Below, in pieces: positions 26,353 through 35,907 of a stretch of 61,469 nucleotides of DNA. The stretch's first letter is position 1. The number at the start of each line of letters is the position of its first letter. Source of the DNA: an uncultured Candidatus Saccharibacteria bacterium (GTDB lineage Bacteria; Patescibacteriota; Doudnabacteria; UBA920); the NCBI GenBank assembly GCA_964504715.1, contig CAZDEP010000008.1, positions 1 through 61,469 on the forward strand, read 5' to 3'. The notes under the pieces were generated by a model. It had not been told where the DNA came from. It searched no databases and worked only from the letters and a program-made list of their open reading frames with translations. A program made the position numbers and the translations under genes.

Positions 26353-26790
26353 TTATGCATATTTGGGCGGCGTATCGGAAAGTAGTGTTCGACGGCGGTT
26401 CTGAAACTTATCCCAGGCTTCAGCTAAATTAAACAGTTGGCGGGAAATTTTATCATAATCGTCAATTAACTGATTACAAAGTCCGGGATTGATGTTATAA
26501 AGATCTTTGCATTGTTCCAGGCCTACAATAGTTTCATTGGATTCCGTGTGGGCATCATCAATATATTTTTGGAAACCTGCTTTTTGATGTTTTTTCGTAT
26601 AACCCTCCGCGATGAGCCTCGGCACAGCCTTTGTGGATCTGGAAAGCTGGTCTACTAAATCATATTTTTCCTGAGAAGGTAGCTTGGGCAATATTTCCTT
26701 ATGGACGGTCAACATGGCCTTATAGGCATTTTGATAAACGTCCAAGTCTCTAAAACTTCTTATAGGTTTTCTATTATTAATCTCTTCCAT
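26353..26790 (-). CDS. four-helix-bundle protein (23S rRNA intervening-sequence protein / Avd-like family)
   Basis: FRDLDVYQNAYKAMLTVHKEILPKLPSQEKYDLVDQLSRSTKAVPRLIAEGY is typical of the TIGR02436/PF05635-type family. Confidence 0.8.
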   Translation of the reverse strand: MEEINNRKPIRSFRDLDVYQNAYKAMLTVHKEILPKLPSQEKYDLVDQLSRSTKAVPRLIAEGYTKKHQKAGFQKYIDDAHTESNETIVGLEQCKDLYNINPGLCNQLIDDYDKISRQLFNLAEAWDKFQNRRRTLLSDTPPKYA

Positions 26791-26819
26791 AGCGCGCTTT
26801 CACTTAACGCATGCCGATA

Positions 26820-26831
26820 CGCGCGGCGCTG
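26820..26831. repeat. right arm of GC-rich inverted repeat bracketing the four-helix-bundle gene
   Basis: CGCGCGGCGCTG is the exact reverse complement of 26316-26327. Confidence 0.8.
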
Positions 26832-26900
26832 CCGTACACCGCCAACGCAGTACTGTAAATCTTATAAATCTATTGAGTAATAAACCCAACTTTTAACACT

Positions 26901-28199
26901 CTACTCTTGCGAAAGCGTAGAAATTTGCTGGTCTGCCGAAGAAACGGCCGAATCAATATCCACCCCTTTTAAAATTACACTGTCTATCATACTGCCAATA
27001 ACCGCGTCGAACTTCACCTGTTTTGGGCGGTAGAGCGACCGGGCGGTTAAATTAGCCGCGGCAAATACCCCAATTTCCGGGTCCTGAATTTGAAGCTCTA
27101 TTAAATCTTTTCGTGAGGAAGGCAGTTTGTGCTGGGCATAATATTTGTCCAGGCTGTCCTTGCTCGAAATAAATTTTAAAAAATCCCAGGCCACGGCCTG
27201 ATTTTTGCTCTGTTTGGAAACCGCTTCCCCCCAGTAATTGGCAAAATTTACGGCCGGGTCGGACAAATTATATTGCGGCACCATGGCCACATCATAATTT
27301 AAATTGGGCGCTTTTTGCCTTAGGGTGTCCTGGGTGTAGGCAAAGCTGTAAAGGTAGGCCGAACGCCCGTTGACAAAAGCGTCAATTGAATAGTCACTCC
27401 TTGAATTCCAATTGTAGTTTGCCGTGGTGGGATCGGCAAAGGAAGTATAAAAATCCAAAGCATCGCGCGCCGGGCTTATATTCTGCCCGTTTTTTTGCAC
27501 CTGCTGGTAAGCCAAACCCCCATAGCCCCCCGCCAGGGCATCGGGCTTAAAGCCAAGCTGCAGCATCATTAAATAATATATATCCACCGCGCGATTCACG
27601 TTTTGAGACATGCCCATAGCCACGCCGCTCCTTGTAAAGTAGCCTTTGCTATCCTGTCTTTTTAAAAGCTTGGTCTGGTCGGAAAGCTCCTGCCAAGTGC
27701 GGGCGGGTACGGCTATGCCGGCCGTGCCCAACAGGTCCTTATTATAGTAGAGGGCGAGCGAGTCAACCGAAAGCGGAACACCGTAAATTTTACCGTCTTT
27801 GGCAAAGTCAGCCACTGCCACATCCACAAATGAGTCCTTGTACTGCTTAAGCGTAAAAGTTTTGTCCGGCGCCGCGACAATTTTGTCCAAATACTGGGGC
27901 AGCCAGGAATTGTGGATGGAAAAAATGTCGGGCCCCTGGCCGGAAGCCAGCGCATTTAAAAGGTCGGCTTCGTAATTTTCCACGTTCTTTTTGCTGTAGA
28001 CTATTTGTACGTTCGGGTGGGCCTGCATGTAAGCCTGAATAAGGGGTTGCATATTTTCACTGTCCTCAAAAGTCTTCCACATAGTTAAGACCACGGGACC
28101 GGTGTTGGTTTGGCCGCCCCCTCCCCCGCAGCCGGCCGCTAGGAACATGATGCTAAATATTGCGATTAGAATTTTATTGAATTTTGTTTTTGGTTTCAT
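26901..28199 (-). CDS. ABC transporter extracellular solute-binding lipoprotein (sugar-type, family 1)
   Basis: Lipobox FLAAGCGGG and the overall SBP_bac_1-like pattern. No adjacent permease or ATPase genes. Confidence 0.75.
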   Translation of the reverse strand: MKPKTKFNKILIAIFSIMFLAAGCGGGGGQTNTGPVVLTMWKTFEDSENMQPLIQAYMQAHPNVQIVYSKKNVENYEADLLNALASGQGPDIFSIHNSWLPQYLDKIVAAPDKTFTLKQYKDSFVDVAVADFAKDGKIYGVPLSVDSLALYYNKDLLGTAGIAVPARTWQELSDQTKLLKRQDSKGYFTRSGVAMGMSQNVNRAVDIYYLMMLQLGFKPDALAGGYGGLAYQQVQKNGQNISPARDALDFYTSFADPTTANYNWNSRSDYSIDAFVNGRSAYLYSFAYTQDTLRQKAPNLNYDVAMVPQYNLSDPAVNFANYWGEAVSKQSKNQAVAWDFLKFISSKDSLDKYYAQHKLPSSRKDLIELQIQDPEIGVFAAANLTARSLYRPKQVKFDAVIGSMIDSVILKGVDIDSAVSSADQQISTLSQE

Positions 28200-28306
28200 T
28201 GTTGTAAATAAATTTTAAATTTACAATTTTTATTTTTCATTGAATTTTCAATGCAACATTGGTACATTGAACCATTTATTTAAAATTTTAAATTAAAAAT
28301 TGAAAA

Positions 28307-29227
28307 TTAGACTTTTAAATCCTTCAGGTATTCTCCAAACTCCTTTTTTAAATCCTCGTGCCTCAGCCCGAACTCCACCATGGCTTTTAAGTATTCCAGC
28401 TTGTTGCCGCAATCATAAAAACGGCTATTTTTAATTTCCAGCGCGTAAGCGGTCTTTTTTTCTTCCAGAAGGATATTGAGGGCATCTATATACACCAATT
28501 CCCGCGGGGTGTTTTCCTCCTGCAGGCGCCGCATGGATTCTTCTATGGCGCCAAACATTGCGGGCGTGTAAAGCGCGCCGGAAACCACGGCGTAATTAGA
28601 ATTTATTCTGCCCACTCCGGGTTTTTCGACTAAATTTTCGATTTTTAAAAGTCCCGTTTCGATTTCTGTGCCTTCCGCAAAACCATAACGTTTGTAATCC
28701 TCGTCGTTTTTTACCCGGATGCTGGCCAAAATTGCCGCGGCTTCGGGATGCTTTTGGTAAGCCTCAACCAGCTGCTGAGCGCGCGTGGGCGTACCGTAAA
28801 AAAAATCATCCCCCCACAAAACCAAAAACGGCTCATCGCCAATAAAATGCTTGGCATTCCAAATGGGAGTTGCATTGCCTAAGGGGCCTTTTTGCCTTAT
28901 ATAGTGGAAATTCGCCAGATCGGCGATTTTCCTGATTTTTTCCAGCTGTTCAAATTTACCCGACTCTTCCAGGCGCTTTTCGAGTTCAAAGGGGTAGTCA
29001 AAATGGTCTTCAATGCTCCGCTTCTGCCAACCGGTTACTATTATAATGTCTTCTATGCCCGCACTCACGGCATCTTCCACTACGTATTGGATGATGGGTT
29101 TGTCCACAACCGGCAGCATTTCTTTGGGGCTGGCTTTCGTGGCCGGCAAAAACCGCGTTCCGTAGCCCGCGGCGGGAATAATAGCTTTTCGGATTTTCTT
29201 GGTAGTCATATTTTTATTATACAACAT
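28307..29227 (-). CDS. galU: UTP--glucose-1-phosphate uridylyltransferase
   Basis: KAIIPAAGYGTRFLPATKASPKEMLPVVDKPIIQYVVEDA. Confidence 0.9.
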   Translation of the reverse strand: MLYNKNMTTKKIRKAIIPAAGYGTRFLPATKASPKEMLPVVDKPIIQYVVEDAVSAGIEDIIIVTGWQKRSIEDHFDYPFELEKRLEESGKFEQLEKIRKIADLANFHYIRQKGPLGNATPIWNAKHFIGDEPFLVLWGDDFFYGTPTRAQQLVEAYQKHPEAAAILASIRVKNDEDYKRYGFAEGTEIETGLLKIENLVEKPGVGRINSNYAVVSGALYTPAMFGAIEESMRRLQEENTPRELVYIDALNILLEEKKTAYALEIKNSRFYDCGNKLEYLKAMVEFGLRHEDLKKEFGEYLKDLKV

Positions 29228-29288
29228 TCTCTACTAAATACGAAAGATGCCGAATTACTAAAAATTAATTTTTAGTAATTAGTAGAAG

Positions 29289-30794
29289 CTATTCGCTCTT
29301 CGGCCTGTATATAACCGCCTCACCCAAATGCAAAGACAAAATTTTGTCCGATTTGGCCAAATCCGCTATGGTCCGCGCCACTTTAAGAATGCGGTGCAAA
29401 GAACGTCCGCTAAAATTATAGCGCTTGCTGGACTGCTTGAGCATTTCTTCGCCTTCTTTATCCAGCCCGCAATAGGCTTTAATTTCAACCACACTCATTT
29501 CACTGTTAGTTTTGCTGGAACCAAACCTTTCGCGCTGCAGGTCGCGTGCTGCCTGCACCCGCCTTTTTACGGATGCGGAGTCTTCGCTGCCGGTTGGCTG
29601 CGAAATTTTTTCGTATGGCAGCCTGGGCACTTCCACGTGCAAATCTATCCTGTCTAAAAGGGGGCCGGAAATTTTTTTCTGGTATTTAAAAATCTGCGCC
29701 GGATTGCATTGACACCTTTTGGTGGAATCGCCGAAGTAACCGCAAGGGCAAGGATTTTGCGCCGCTATTAAAGTGAACTTGGCCGGAAAAGTAAAACTGC
29801 CGCTCGCGCGCGAGACGGTAACTACTCCGTCTTCCAAGGGTTGGCGCAAGGCCTCCAAAACATTGCGGGGAAATTCGGGAAATTCGTCTAAAAATAATAT
29901 GCCGCGGTGCGAAAGCGTAATTTCTCCCGGCTTGGGCGAAGTTCCGCCGCCAACCAAAGCTACGTTGGAAGTAGTATGGTGGGGACTGCGTATGGGACGG
30001 GAAGAAACAAAACTTTCCTTCAACCGGCCGGCTATGCTGTAAATTTTGGTTAACTCTAAAATTTCTTCCAAACTTAAATCAGGCAGAATCCCGCCCATTG
30101 CCCTGGCCAACAGGGTTTTTCCGGAACCAGGCGGCCCAAAAAGAAGCACATTGTGCCCACCCGCGGCGGCTATTTCCAAAGCCCGTTTGGCCAACTCCTG
30201 CCCGGCCACATCTTTCATATCCAGAGAAATACGGGGATTCCCCAAAGCATTTTTTATATCCACATTCGGCTGGTCCGACAAAAATTTCAGGCCCGCCAAA
30301 TGTTCTAGCAACTCCTTTAAGCTCTGAGCAGGATAAACTTTAACGTCCGGCACCAGCGCCGCTTCGGCCGCGTTTCCCAAAGGCACAAAAATTTCTTTTA
30401 CACCCGCCTGTTTGGCTTTTAAACAGACAGCTAAAACCCCCGGTACGCTCCTTAATTTGCCGTCTAGGGACAGCTCGCCCAAAAATAATCTGTTTTCCAA
30501 ATTAAGGCTGGTCTGCTCAGAGGCCGCAATTATTGCCAGAGCAATGGGCAGGTCAAAATGGGTGCCCAATTTGGGCAAATCCGCCGGCGCCAAATTCACT
30601 GACACGCGGGTGACGGGATAACTGCACTCGGAATTCTTTATGGCGTTTTTAACCCTCTCCCGGCTTTCCTGGACGGCCGTGTCGGGCAAGCCAACAATAA
30701 CGGTATTGGTCAGGCCGTTGGAAATATCCGCCTCCACCTCTATAATTTCCGCATCAAGTCCTACTATAGTTGCGGACAATACTTTGGCAATCAT
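29289..30794 (-). CDS. YifB/ComM-family Mg-chelatase-like ATPase
   Basis: Lon-like N-terminal domain, AAA Walker A GPPGSGKTLLA, and CxC/CxC cluster NPCPCGYFG..KRCQC. Confidence 0.9.
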   Translation of the reverse strand: MIAKVLSATIVGLDAEIIEVEADISNGLTNTVIVGLPDTAVQESRERVKNAIKNSECSYPVTRVSVNLAPADLPKLGTHFDLPIALAIIAASEQTSLNLENRLFLGELSLDGKLRSVPGVLAVCLKAKQAGVKEIFVPLGNAAEAALVPDVKVYPAQSLKELLEHLAGLKFLSDQPNVDIKNALGNPRISLDMKDVAGQELAKRALEIAAAGGHNVLLFGPPGSGKTLLARAMGGILPDLSLEEILELTKIYSIAGRLKESFVSSRPIRSPHHTTSNVALVGGGTSPKPGEITLSHRGILFLDEFPEFPRNVLEALRQPLEDGVVTVSRASGSFTFPAKFTLIAAQNPCPCGYFGDSTKRCQCNPAQIFKYQKKISGPLLDRIDLHVEVPRLPYEKISQPTGSEDSASVKRRVQAARDLQRERFGSSKTNSEMSVVEIKAYCGLDKEGEEMLKQSSKRYNFSGRSLHRILKVARTIADLAKSDKILSLHLGEAVIYRPKSE

Positions 30795-30852
30795 AAATTT
30801 CAGATACTAATGTACAAATTAATACGAATGATGTGAATAATACGAATTACTC

Positions 30853-31287
30853 CTAAGTATTATTCGTATTATTAGTAAGCATGCGTATATTAGTATTACT
30901 CAAGATCAAAATAAGAATTCCCATAATTATATACGCATCCGCCAAATTAAAAATGCCGTTTAAAATATAAATAAAATCCCTCACGTATCCCAAGGCCACT
31001 CTTTCACCAATGTTAGATACCGCACCGGCAAGTATAAGTGTCCAGCCAATAAGGGCAGGCAAAGATAAAAGGAAATAATTTTTTGCCAAATAAAAAACTA
31101 TGGCGCCAACAACTAAAGAATAAATTAGGTACATTGCCACGGTCGGCACGGGCAAGCTAAAAGCAAAGTTATAATTGCGATAAATATTTGTACTAAAAAA
31201 TTTTGCAGCTTGGTCAAGCCCGATTAAAAATAAAAAAACAAAAGGCAAACACCTCTTGCTTTTATATATTTGATTCCTTTTATCCAT
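30853..31287 (-). CDS. lspA: lipoprotein signal peptidase II
   Basis: Four TM helices, NIGERVALGYVRDFI and FNLADAYI motifs. Confidence 0.8.
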   Translation of the reverse strand: MDKRNQIYKSKRCLPFVFLFLIGLDQAAKFFSTNIYRNYNFAFSLPVPTVAMYLIYSLVVGAIVFYLAKNYFLLSLPALIGWTLILAGAVSNIGERVALGYVRDFIYILNGIFNLADAYIIMGILILILSNTNIRMLTNNTNNT

Positions 31288-31340
31288 TTAAATTTCCGTT
31301 ATTTGGTCTGGGTTATCAGCGCAATCTGCGTATCTGTGAA

Positions 31341-31646
31341 CTACAGGGCTTTGTCAGCCCATGGTAAAACCTTTAGCCTCTCTTCGGTTATGGGATTGCC
31401 CTCATCGTCCGTGCCGTAAGTCCCATTCTCAATTTTGTCCAAAGCTTTCTTAACTTTTTCCAGGTCAGCGTTGACCCGCGCCTTAATGCCACGCCGGACT
31501 TCGTCATCTTCAGCCTCCAACGCATTGTCGTCATCGCGGTTACCCAGCTCAACGTGGGTCGGCAAACCCTTAAGTTCGTTTTCCAGACGCTCCTGTTCTT
31601 CAAGCAGTCGGCTTTTCATTTCTTTTATAAATTCTTGAGGTAGCAT
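31341..31646 (-). CDS. DksA/TraR-like protein lacking the zinc-finger cysteines
   Basis: A coiled-coil N-terminus and IENGTYGTDDEGNPITEERLKVLPWA align with the C4 finger region, but no Cys is present. Confidence 0.55.
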   Translation of the reverse strand: MLPQEFIKEMKSRLLEEQERLENELKGLPTHVELGNRDDDNALEAEDDEVRRGIKARVNADLEKVKKALDKIENGTYGTDDEGNPITEERLKVLPWADKAL

Positions 31647-32143
31647 ATTTTTCTGATTAATAAGTCAATTATACCAAAACCCCCGGTTAAAACAAGCCCT
31701 AAAATAAAAAAGCGCCTTCACGGCGCCCCATACAAAGTAATGATTGAGCGGTGAGAGGCGCTAAACCCGAAATCTCGGATCTTTTAGCGCCTTACATTCC
31801 AGGGGTCTACTTTTAAATCCCTAGAACGTAAGGCACTAAACGACACTTCACAGATTTCAGGCCTTTTCCCGCCATCGGCGGGAAAGAAGCGTCTGAATCC
31901 CAAACAGTTTTCAAACAACACTTTAGGCTTCCCTTGGGGTCACCGAAGTGACCATCAAACTTTTTTTGTATTTTTGTATTTTTTACGTCCCTGATACCTC
32001 AAGGACAGACATTTTTTTTGTTTTTGTTTTTCAAACAGCCTTAGTTGGGTTAAGGCTATGACGGAAAGTCTAAAGGAAAACGAAGTTCAAAAGGTTTAAA
32101 CTCCACTTCCCTTCAATGTTGTCTATTCTTTTGTTAAAGAGCC

Positions 32144-32152
32144 TTATCCACA
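32144..32152 (+). promoter_or_regulatory. perfect DnaA box TTATCCACA
   Basis: Exact 9-mer consensus. Confidence 0.5.
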
Positions 32153-32290
32153 AGTAATGTTATATTCATTTTAGCAGGCATTTTTGAAATTGTCAACTCT
32201 ATGCCCTAATAAAAACTTCTTTACGCTTATTTGGAAGGGATTTGGAAAATTTCTGCCGTCATAAACTAACAAAGAGCTCTTAGCATAACC

Positions 32291-32299
32291 TGTGGATAA
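32291..32299 (-). promoter_or_regulatory. perfect DnaA box (TGTGGATAA on the plus strand)
   Basis: Exact 9-mer consensus in the opposite orientation, 10 nt downstream of the stop of the 32309-34600 gene. Confidence 0.5.
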
Positions 32300-32308
32300 A
32301 GCCCTGGT

Positions 32309-34600
32309 TTAAACTTTCAGGTCATTTTCCAATAATTCCACAAAACAAGCAGCGTAATTTTTCGCCAGTTTGGAATCATACACCCAAATTTCTTTAAGTA
32401 AGGGTGTATAAAAGAACTTTATGATTTTGTGCAAATTCAAAAGTGCCTTGGGCAGGCTAAAATCTTCAAATGGATTTCCAAACTCCTTGGAGACTGCATC
32501 TAAATAAGGATGGGTAAACAACTCAAAAGGCAAATGCGTAATTGCCAAAGTTTTGACTTGCAAATTTTGAGGGATATCGCCGTTTCCGTTTGGTAAAATT
32601 GATTTTAAAAGAAACCTATCGCTGGCCAAAAGCAAGCTCTCTTTATGAATTCCAAAATTTCTTAAAATCCTACTGCCTCCCGAACCCATTTGGGCAGAAA
32701 CAAAAGCATACTTATTAAGCTCGGCGTGGTATTTATGATGAAATTCTTTTACCTGCAAAGCTGAACCAAATAGGATGGCCGCGGGCAACTGGCTCTTTGC
32801 ACTCAAATGCAAAATTTCGGTTTCCTGAATATTTACGGGATGGACTTTTAGTTTCACTTTATTTTGCCTTGCGGAGAGCAAAGAAAACAAATCTTTTTGT
32901 TTCACATCCCCCTGCTTTACACTTTCCATTAAAAAATCTTCCAAACCCAAACGTCTTTGGAAAAATGGCCAGACTTTTTCTTTCGGGAGACAATCACAAA
33001 AGGTATTTGAACTATTATGCCGCAAGGTCCCTTCCACCAAATGCCGGATGCGGATAGGCCGGCTGTGAAAAGCCACATTTGTGGGCGAAAGCTCCAGCCA
33101 TTTTATACAATTCTCTTCCGGGCTAAAAAACTTTTCGAGCCGCACAACAAAATTTTCCAAGTCTTCCGAAGCCAAACCTTGGTTAGCAGTGAGAATTTTA
33201 TTTTTAAAACTTTCCGAAGCGCTTTGAATTTTATTTAAAACCTCCTCGCGAAGGTCTTCCATCTTTGCCTCCACATAGGCCGATTGGTCATTCTTAAGCA
33301 CCGCGCTTATGACGCCAAAAAACAAGTCTGCGGCCAAAAGCGATTCTTCCACGGCCTGTTTATATTTTGTTTCACCCGCTCCGGTTTCAGGATTAAAACG
33401 GCTCTTAAGCAAATAATTCAAATAAGACCAGGAAAGGCGCTGGCCAATATTTTCGCTTATGGCTTTCTCAAACTCATCCAACCCTATAATTACCGCCTGA
33501 CGATTCTTGTAAAAACCTTTCTTTTGGAACTCCAAAAAAGTTGCCGTATCGCACGCTATTATTTTTTTCCTCTTTTTTTCGGCTGCAGTGAGGCCGTTGA
33601 TTAAATGACGAAACTGCCCGCCAAAAAAAGACAGATTCAAATTGAGTATGTTTTCTGTTTGCCAGTTGGTATGCTGCCACACCAAAACTTTTAAAATAAA
33701 TTTTATTTCTTCAGGACTCAGATCCTTCTTACTTTTTAAGGCCAGAAAGGCTTTTTCATTAAACAAACATTCGGGCAAAAATGCCGCCTCGGCAACACCC
33801 TGCTGCCAAAGTTCCATCACCTGTTTTACAGAAGGGACTATAAGCAGGCTCTTGGTCTCCTGCTTTGCGAGCTTTTGGGCGCAATGGTTCAAAAAATCTG
33901 CGCCAAGAGGAAAATTATAAAACTTTTTGTCTTCAAATTTTAAATCAGGTAAAGACGGACGGCTGGAACTTGTTCTTTTTGCAACCGACATTTTAAGTTT
34001 GGCCTTTAAAGAGGCGGTCAAAAAACTTTTCCAAAAAAATTTTTCCTTTTCCAAGAATTTCCAAATTTCTTTTTTTAGCTTTTCGGGAAAGGAAGAAAAG
34101 ACGCAGAGAAGCCCTTCCAGCACCTTAAGCGTAGCTTTGGAGTCAGCCAATGCCCTATGCGCATCGGTATGGGCTACTCCAAAATAGTGCATGAGATTTT
34201 CCAAATTATAGGACTGATGGGTGGGAAGTATAAATTGGGCCAACTCAAGAGTGTCCACGCTTTTCCCGCAAAAGTTAATGCCCAAACTTTTCAAAAAATT
34301 TATATCGAAATTTATATTGTGGCCCACAATGCAGGCGTCCTTTAGCTGCTCCTGTATTGCGGCCTTAAATTCCGAAAATTCCGGCGCAGCCTCAAGCTCC
34401 GCTTTACTTATGCCCGTTAGCGCCAAAATCGCCTCCGAGACCGGCTGCTTAGGCTTAAAGACCTGGCTAAATTCCTCTTTGAGTTTAATACCCTTTTCGC
34501 TGATTTCAAAAAACACATAACCCAATTCCAAAATTTCATCCTTTTGGGGATCAAAGCCGGTAGTCTCTATATCCAAGCTGCAATAAATAACTTTATCCAT
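32309..34600 (-). CDS. DnaQ-like 3'-5' exonuclease fused to a degenerate DinG-like helicase domain
   Basis: Exo motifs SLDIETTGFDP, VGHNINFDINFL and HRALADSKAT. The long C-terminal region has no recognisable GxGKS/T Walker A. Confidence 0.6.
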   Translation of the reverse strand: MDKVIYCSLDIETTGFDPQKDEILELGYVFFEISEKGIKLKEEFSQVFKPKQPVSEAILALTGISKAELEAAPEFSEFKAAIQEQLKDACIVGHNINFDINFLKSLGINFCGKSVDTLELAQFILPTHQSYNLENLMHYFGVAHTDAHRALADSKATLKVLEGLLCVFSSFPEKLKKEIWKFLEKEKFFWKSFLTASLKAKLKMSVAKRTSSSRPSLPDLKFEDKKFYNFPLGADFLNHCAQKLAKQETKSLLIVPSVKQVMELWQQGVAEAAFLPECLFNEKAFLALKSKKDLSPEEIKFILKVLVWQHTNWQTENILNLNLSFFGGQFRHLINGLTAAEKKRKKIIACDTATFLEFQKKGFYKNRQAVIIGLDEFEKAISENIGQRLSWSYLNYLLKSRFNPETGAGETKYKQAVEESLLAADLFFGVISAVLKNDQSAYVEAKMEDLREEVLNKIQSASESFKNKILTANQGLASEDLENFVVRLEKFFSPEENCIKWLELSPTNVAFHSRPIRIRHLVEGTLRHNSSNTFCDCLPKEKVWPFFQRRLGLEDFLMESVKQGDVKQKDLFSLLSARQNKVKLKVHPVNIQETEILHLSAKSQLPAAILFGSALQVKEFHHKYHAELNKYAFVSAQMGSGGSRILRNFGIHKESLLLASDRFLLKSILPNGNGDIPQNLQVKTLAITHLPFELFTHPYLDAVSKEFGNPFEDFSLPKALLNLHKIIKFFYTPLLKEIWVYDSKLAKNYAACFVELLENDLKV

Positions 34601-34773
34601 AACTTTGGTATTTTATCATTTTTACAGCCTCATGTCTTTAGAGCCAAACATTTTCAAAATACAGCCAACTCTTCTTTTTAATTCCATAAGCAAAAATAAC
34701 TAAAAACCCCATCCCTTTAGCAAACAAACTAAATGGATGGGGTATTATATAAAACCATTGTGGGCAAAACTTT

Positions 34774-35841
34774 TTACTCTTCTCCGCCTTCTTCGGGTTC
34801 CGGGGGTTTGGCCATAACTACGTCGCCGGCTTTTATTTTTTCCCTTATGGCCTTGTCCACTTCGGCCATAACTTTCTGGTTTTCTTTCAAAAAAGTTTTA
34901 CTGTTTTCGCGACCCACGCCTAATTTTACATCGCCGAACATATGAGTATTGCCGCTCTTTTCTATTACGCCCAAAGCCACGCCCGTGTCCAGTAAATCGC
35001 CCGCGGCCGAAATGCCTTCGTTATACATAATGTCGAACTCCGCCACCTTAAAAGGCGGGGCGACCTTGTTTTTAACGATTTTTACCTTGACGCGGTTGCC
35101 GACAATTTTGTCGCCGTTTTTAATTTGCGCCGTCCTCCGAACTTCAATCCGCACGCTGGCATAAAACTTCAGCGCGTTGCCGCCGGTGGTCGTTTCGGGG
35201 TTGCCGAACATCACGCCAATTTTCATCCTAATCTGGTTTATAAAAATTACCGTGGTTTTTGTCTTGGATATTATGGCAGTTAATTTTCTCAAAGCTTGGG
35301 ACATAAGGCGCGCCTGCAGACCCATATGGGAATCACCCATTTCGCCCTCAATTTCGTTTCTCGGGGTTAGCGCCGCCACTGAGTCTATGACTATTAAATC
35401 CAATCCGTTTGACCGGACCAAGGTTTCGCAAATATCCAAAGCCTGTTCGCCGTTGTCCGGCTGGGAAATAAGCAGGTCTTCAAGCTTAACGCCAATGCGT
35501 TTTGCATATTCAGGATCCAAAGCGTGTTCGGCATCTATAAAAGCCGAAAGGCCGCCTTTTTTTTGCACTTCGGCTATCATGTGCAAAGTCAAGGTGGTTT
35601 TGCCCGAGCTTTCGGGGCCATAGATCTCTATTACCCGTCCCCGAGGAATACCGCCGGCGCCCAGAGCCAAATCTAAAGAAATGCTGCCCGTGGGCGTGGT
35701 CTCAACATCCAAAGTTTTAGTGTCTGACAATTTCATTATGCTGCCGTCGCCGAATTTGTCTTTAATTTGGTCCAAGGCCGAAGTTATCGCCTTCCATTTT
35801 CCGTTTTCCGCCACTGGTGTTTTAGTCGATGTTTTTGCCAT
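34774..35841 (-). CDS. recA: recombinase RecA
   Basis: [24 protein letters not shown] and IFINQIR. I chose the ATG at 35841. The ORF-track start at 35877 is GTG. Confidence 0.95.
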   Translation of the reverse strand: MAKTSTKTPVAENGKWKAITSALDQIKDKFGDGSIMKLSDTKTLDVETTPTGSISLDLALGAGGIPRGRVIEIYGPESSGKTTLTLHMIAEVQKKGGLSAFIDAEHALDPEYAKRIGVKLEDLLISQPDNGEQALDICETLVRSNGLDLIVIDSVAALTPRNEIEGEMGDSHMGLQARLMSQALRKLTAIISKTKTTVIFINQIRMKIGVMFGNPETTTGGNALKFYASVRIEVRRTAQIKNGDKIVGNRVKVKIVKNKVAPPFKVAEFDIMYNEGISAAGDLLDTGVALGVIEKSGNTHMFGDVKLGVGRENSKTFLKENQKVMAEVDKAIREKIKAGDVVMAKPPEPEEGGEE

Positions 35842-35907
35842 ATGTTTTTTAGTCCTAAAATGATTTATATCTACCACTATAATACCATACTAAGGGTTAA
35901 TTATTAA

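Noticed and set aside
26353-26790. Interpreting the four-helix-bundle gene as the Avd of a diversity-generating retroelement acting on the adjacent array
   Set aside because: No reverse transcriptase (no YxDD-containing ORF) is present in the window. I could not see a template/variable repeat pair. I kept it only as something to check genome-wide.
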